Assembly: GCF_000002075.1 (NCBI RefSeq)
Contig: NW_004797407.1
Span: 50,148 to 106,021, forward strand
DNA from: Aplysia californica
Taxonomy: Eukaryota
Reading direction: 5' to 3'
Length of the DNA: 55,874 nt
This document shows positions 55,869-55,874 of this stretch, piece by piece (position 1 is the first letter of the stretch; the number at the start of each line of letters is the position of its first letter). The position numbers were made by a program, and so were the translations under genes. The notes beneath the pieces were generated by a model. That model did no database searches. It saw only the letters and a program-made list of their open reading frames with translations, and was not told where the DNA came from.

Positions 55869-55874
55869 GAACCT

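Overview
Repeat-rich, intron-containing animal genomic DNA with scaffold N-gaps. The SINE/MITE repertoire suggests a lophotrochozoan, probably a gastropod mollusc (inference only). Four protein-coding genes can be assembled by hand with canonical GT-AG junctions and consistent phases: a single-coding-exon ApaH-like metallophosphatase (+, 1721-2569), MED19 (+, 6 exons, 240 aa), MRNIP/C5orf45 (+, 4 exons, 499 aa) and BRF2 (-, 2 coding exons, 500 aa, convergent with MRNIP). Introns and intergenic DNA are filled with a fossil full-length Sola1-like transposon, piggyBac-, Tc1/pogo- and Sola1-type MITEs, tRNA-derived SINEs, RTE LINE 3' ends and two short retroposon families sharing one 3' hairpin. 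The most notable observations: (1) BRF2 has three tandem CxxC..CxxC zinc ribbons instead of one and keeps a redox-pin-like cysteine; (2) the same ETS+YY1-motif-bearing element sits in intron 1 of both MED19 and MRNIP; (3) two retroposon families with no tRNA head have fixed G-rich or oligo-C 5' ends and a covarying 3' stem; (4) a complete poly(A) cassette is duplicated downstream of MED19. All calls are by eye; no database searches were run.
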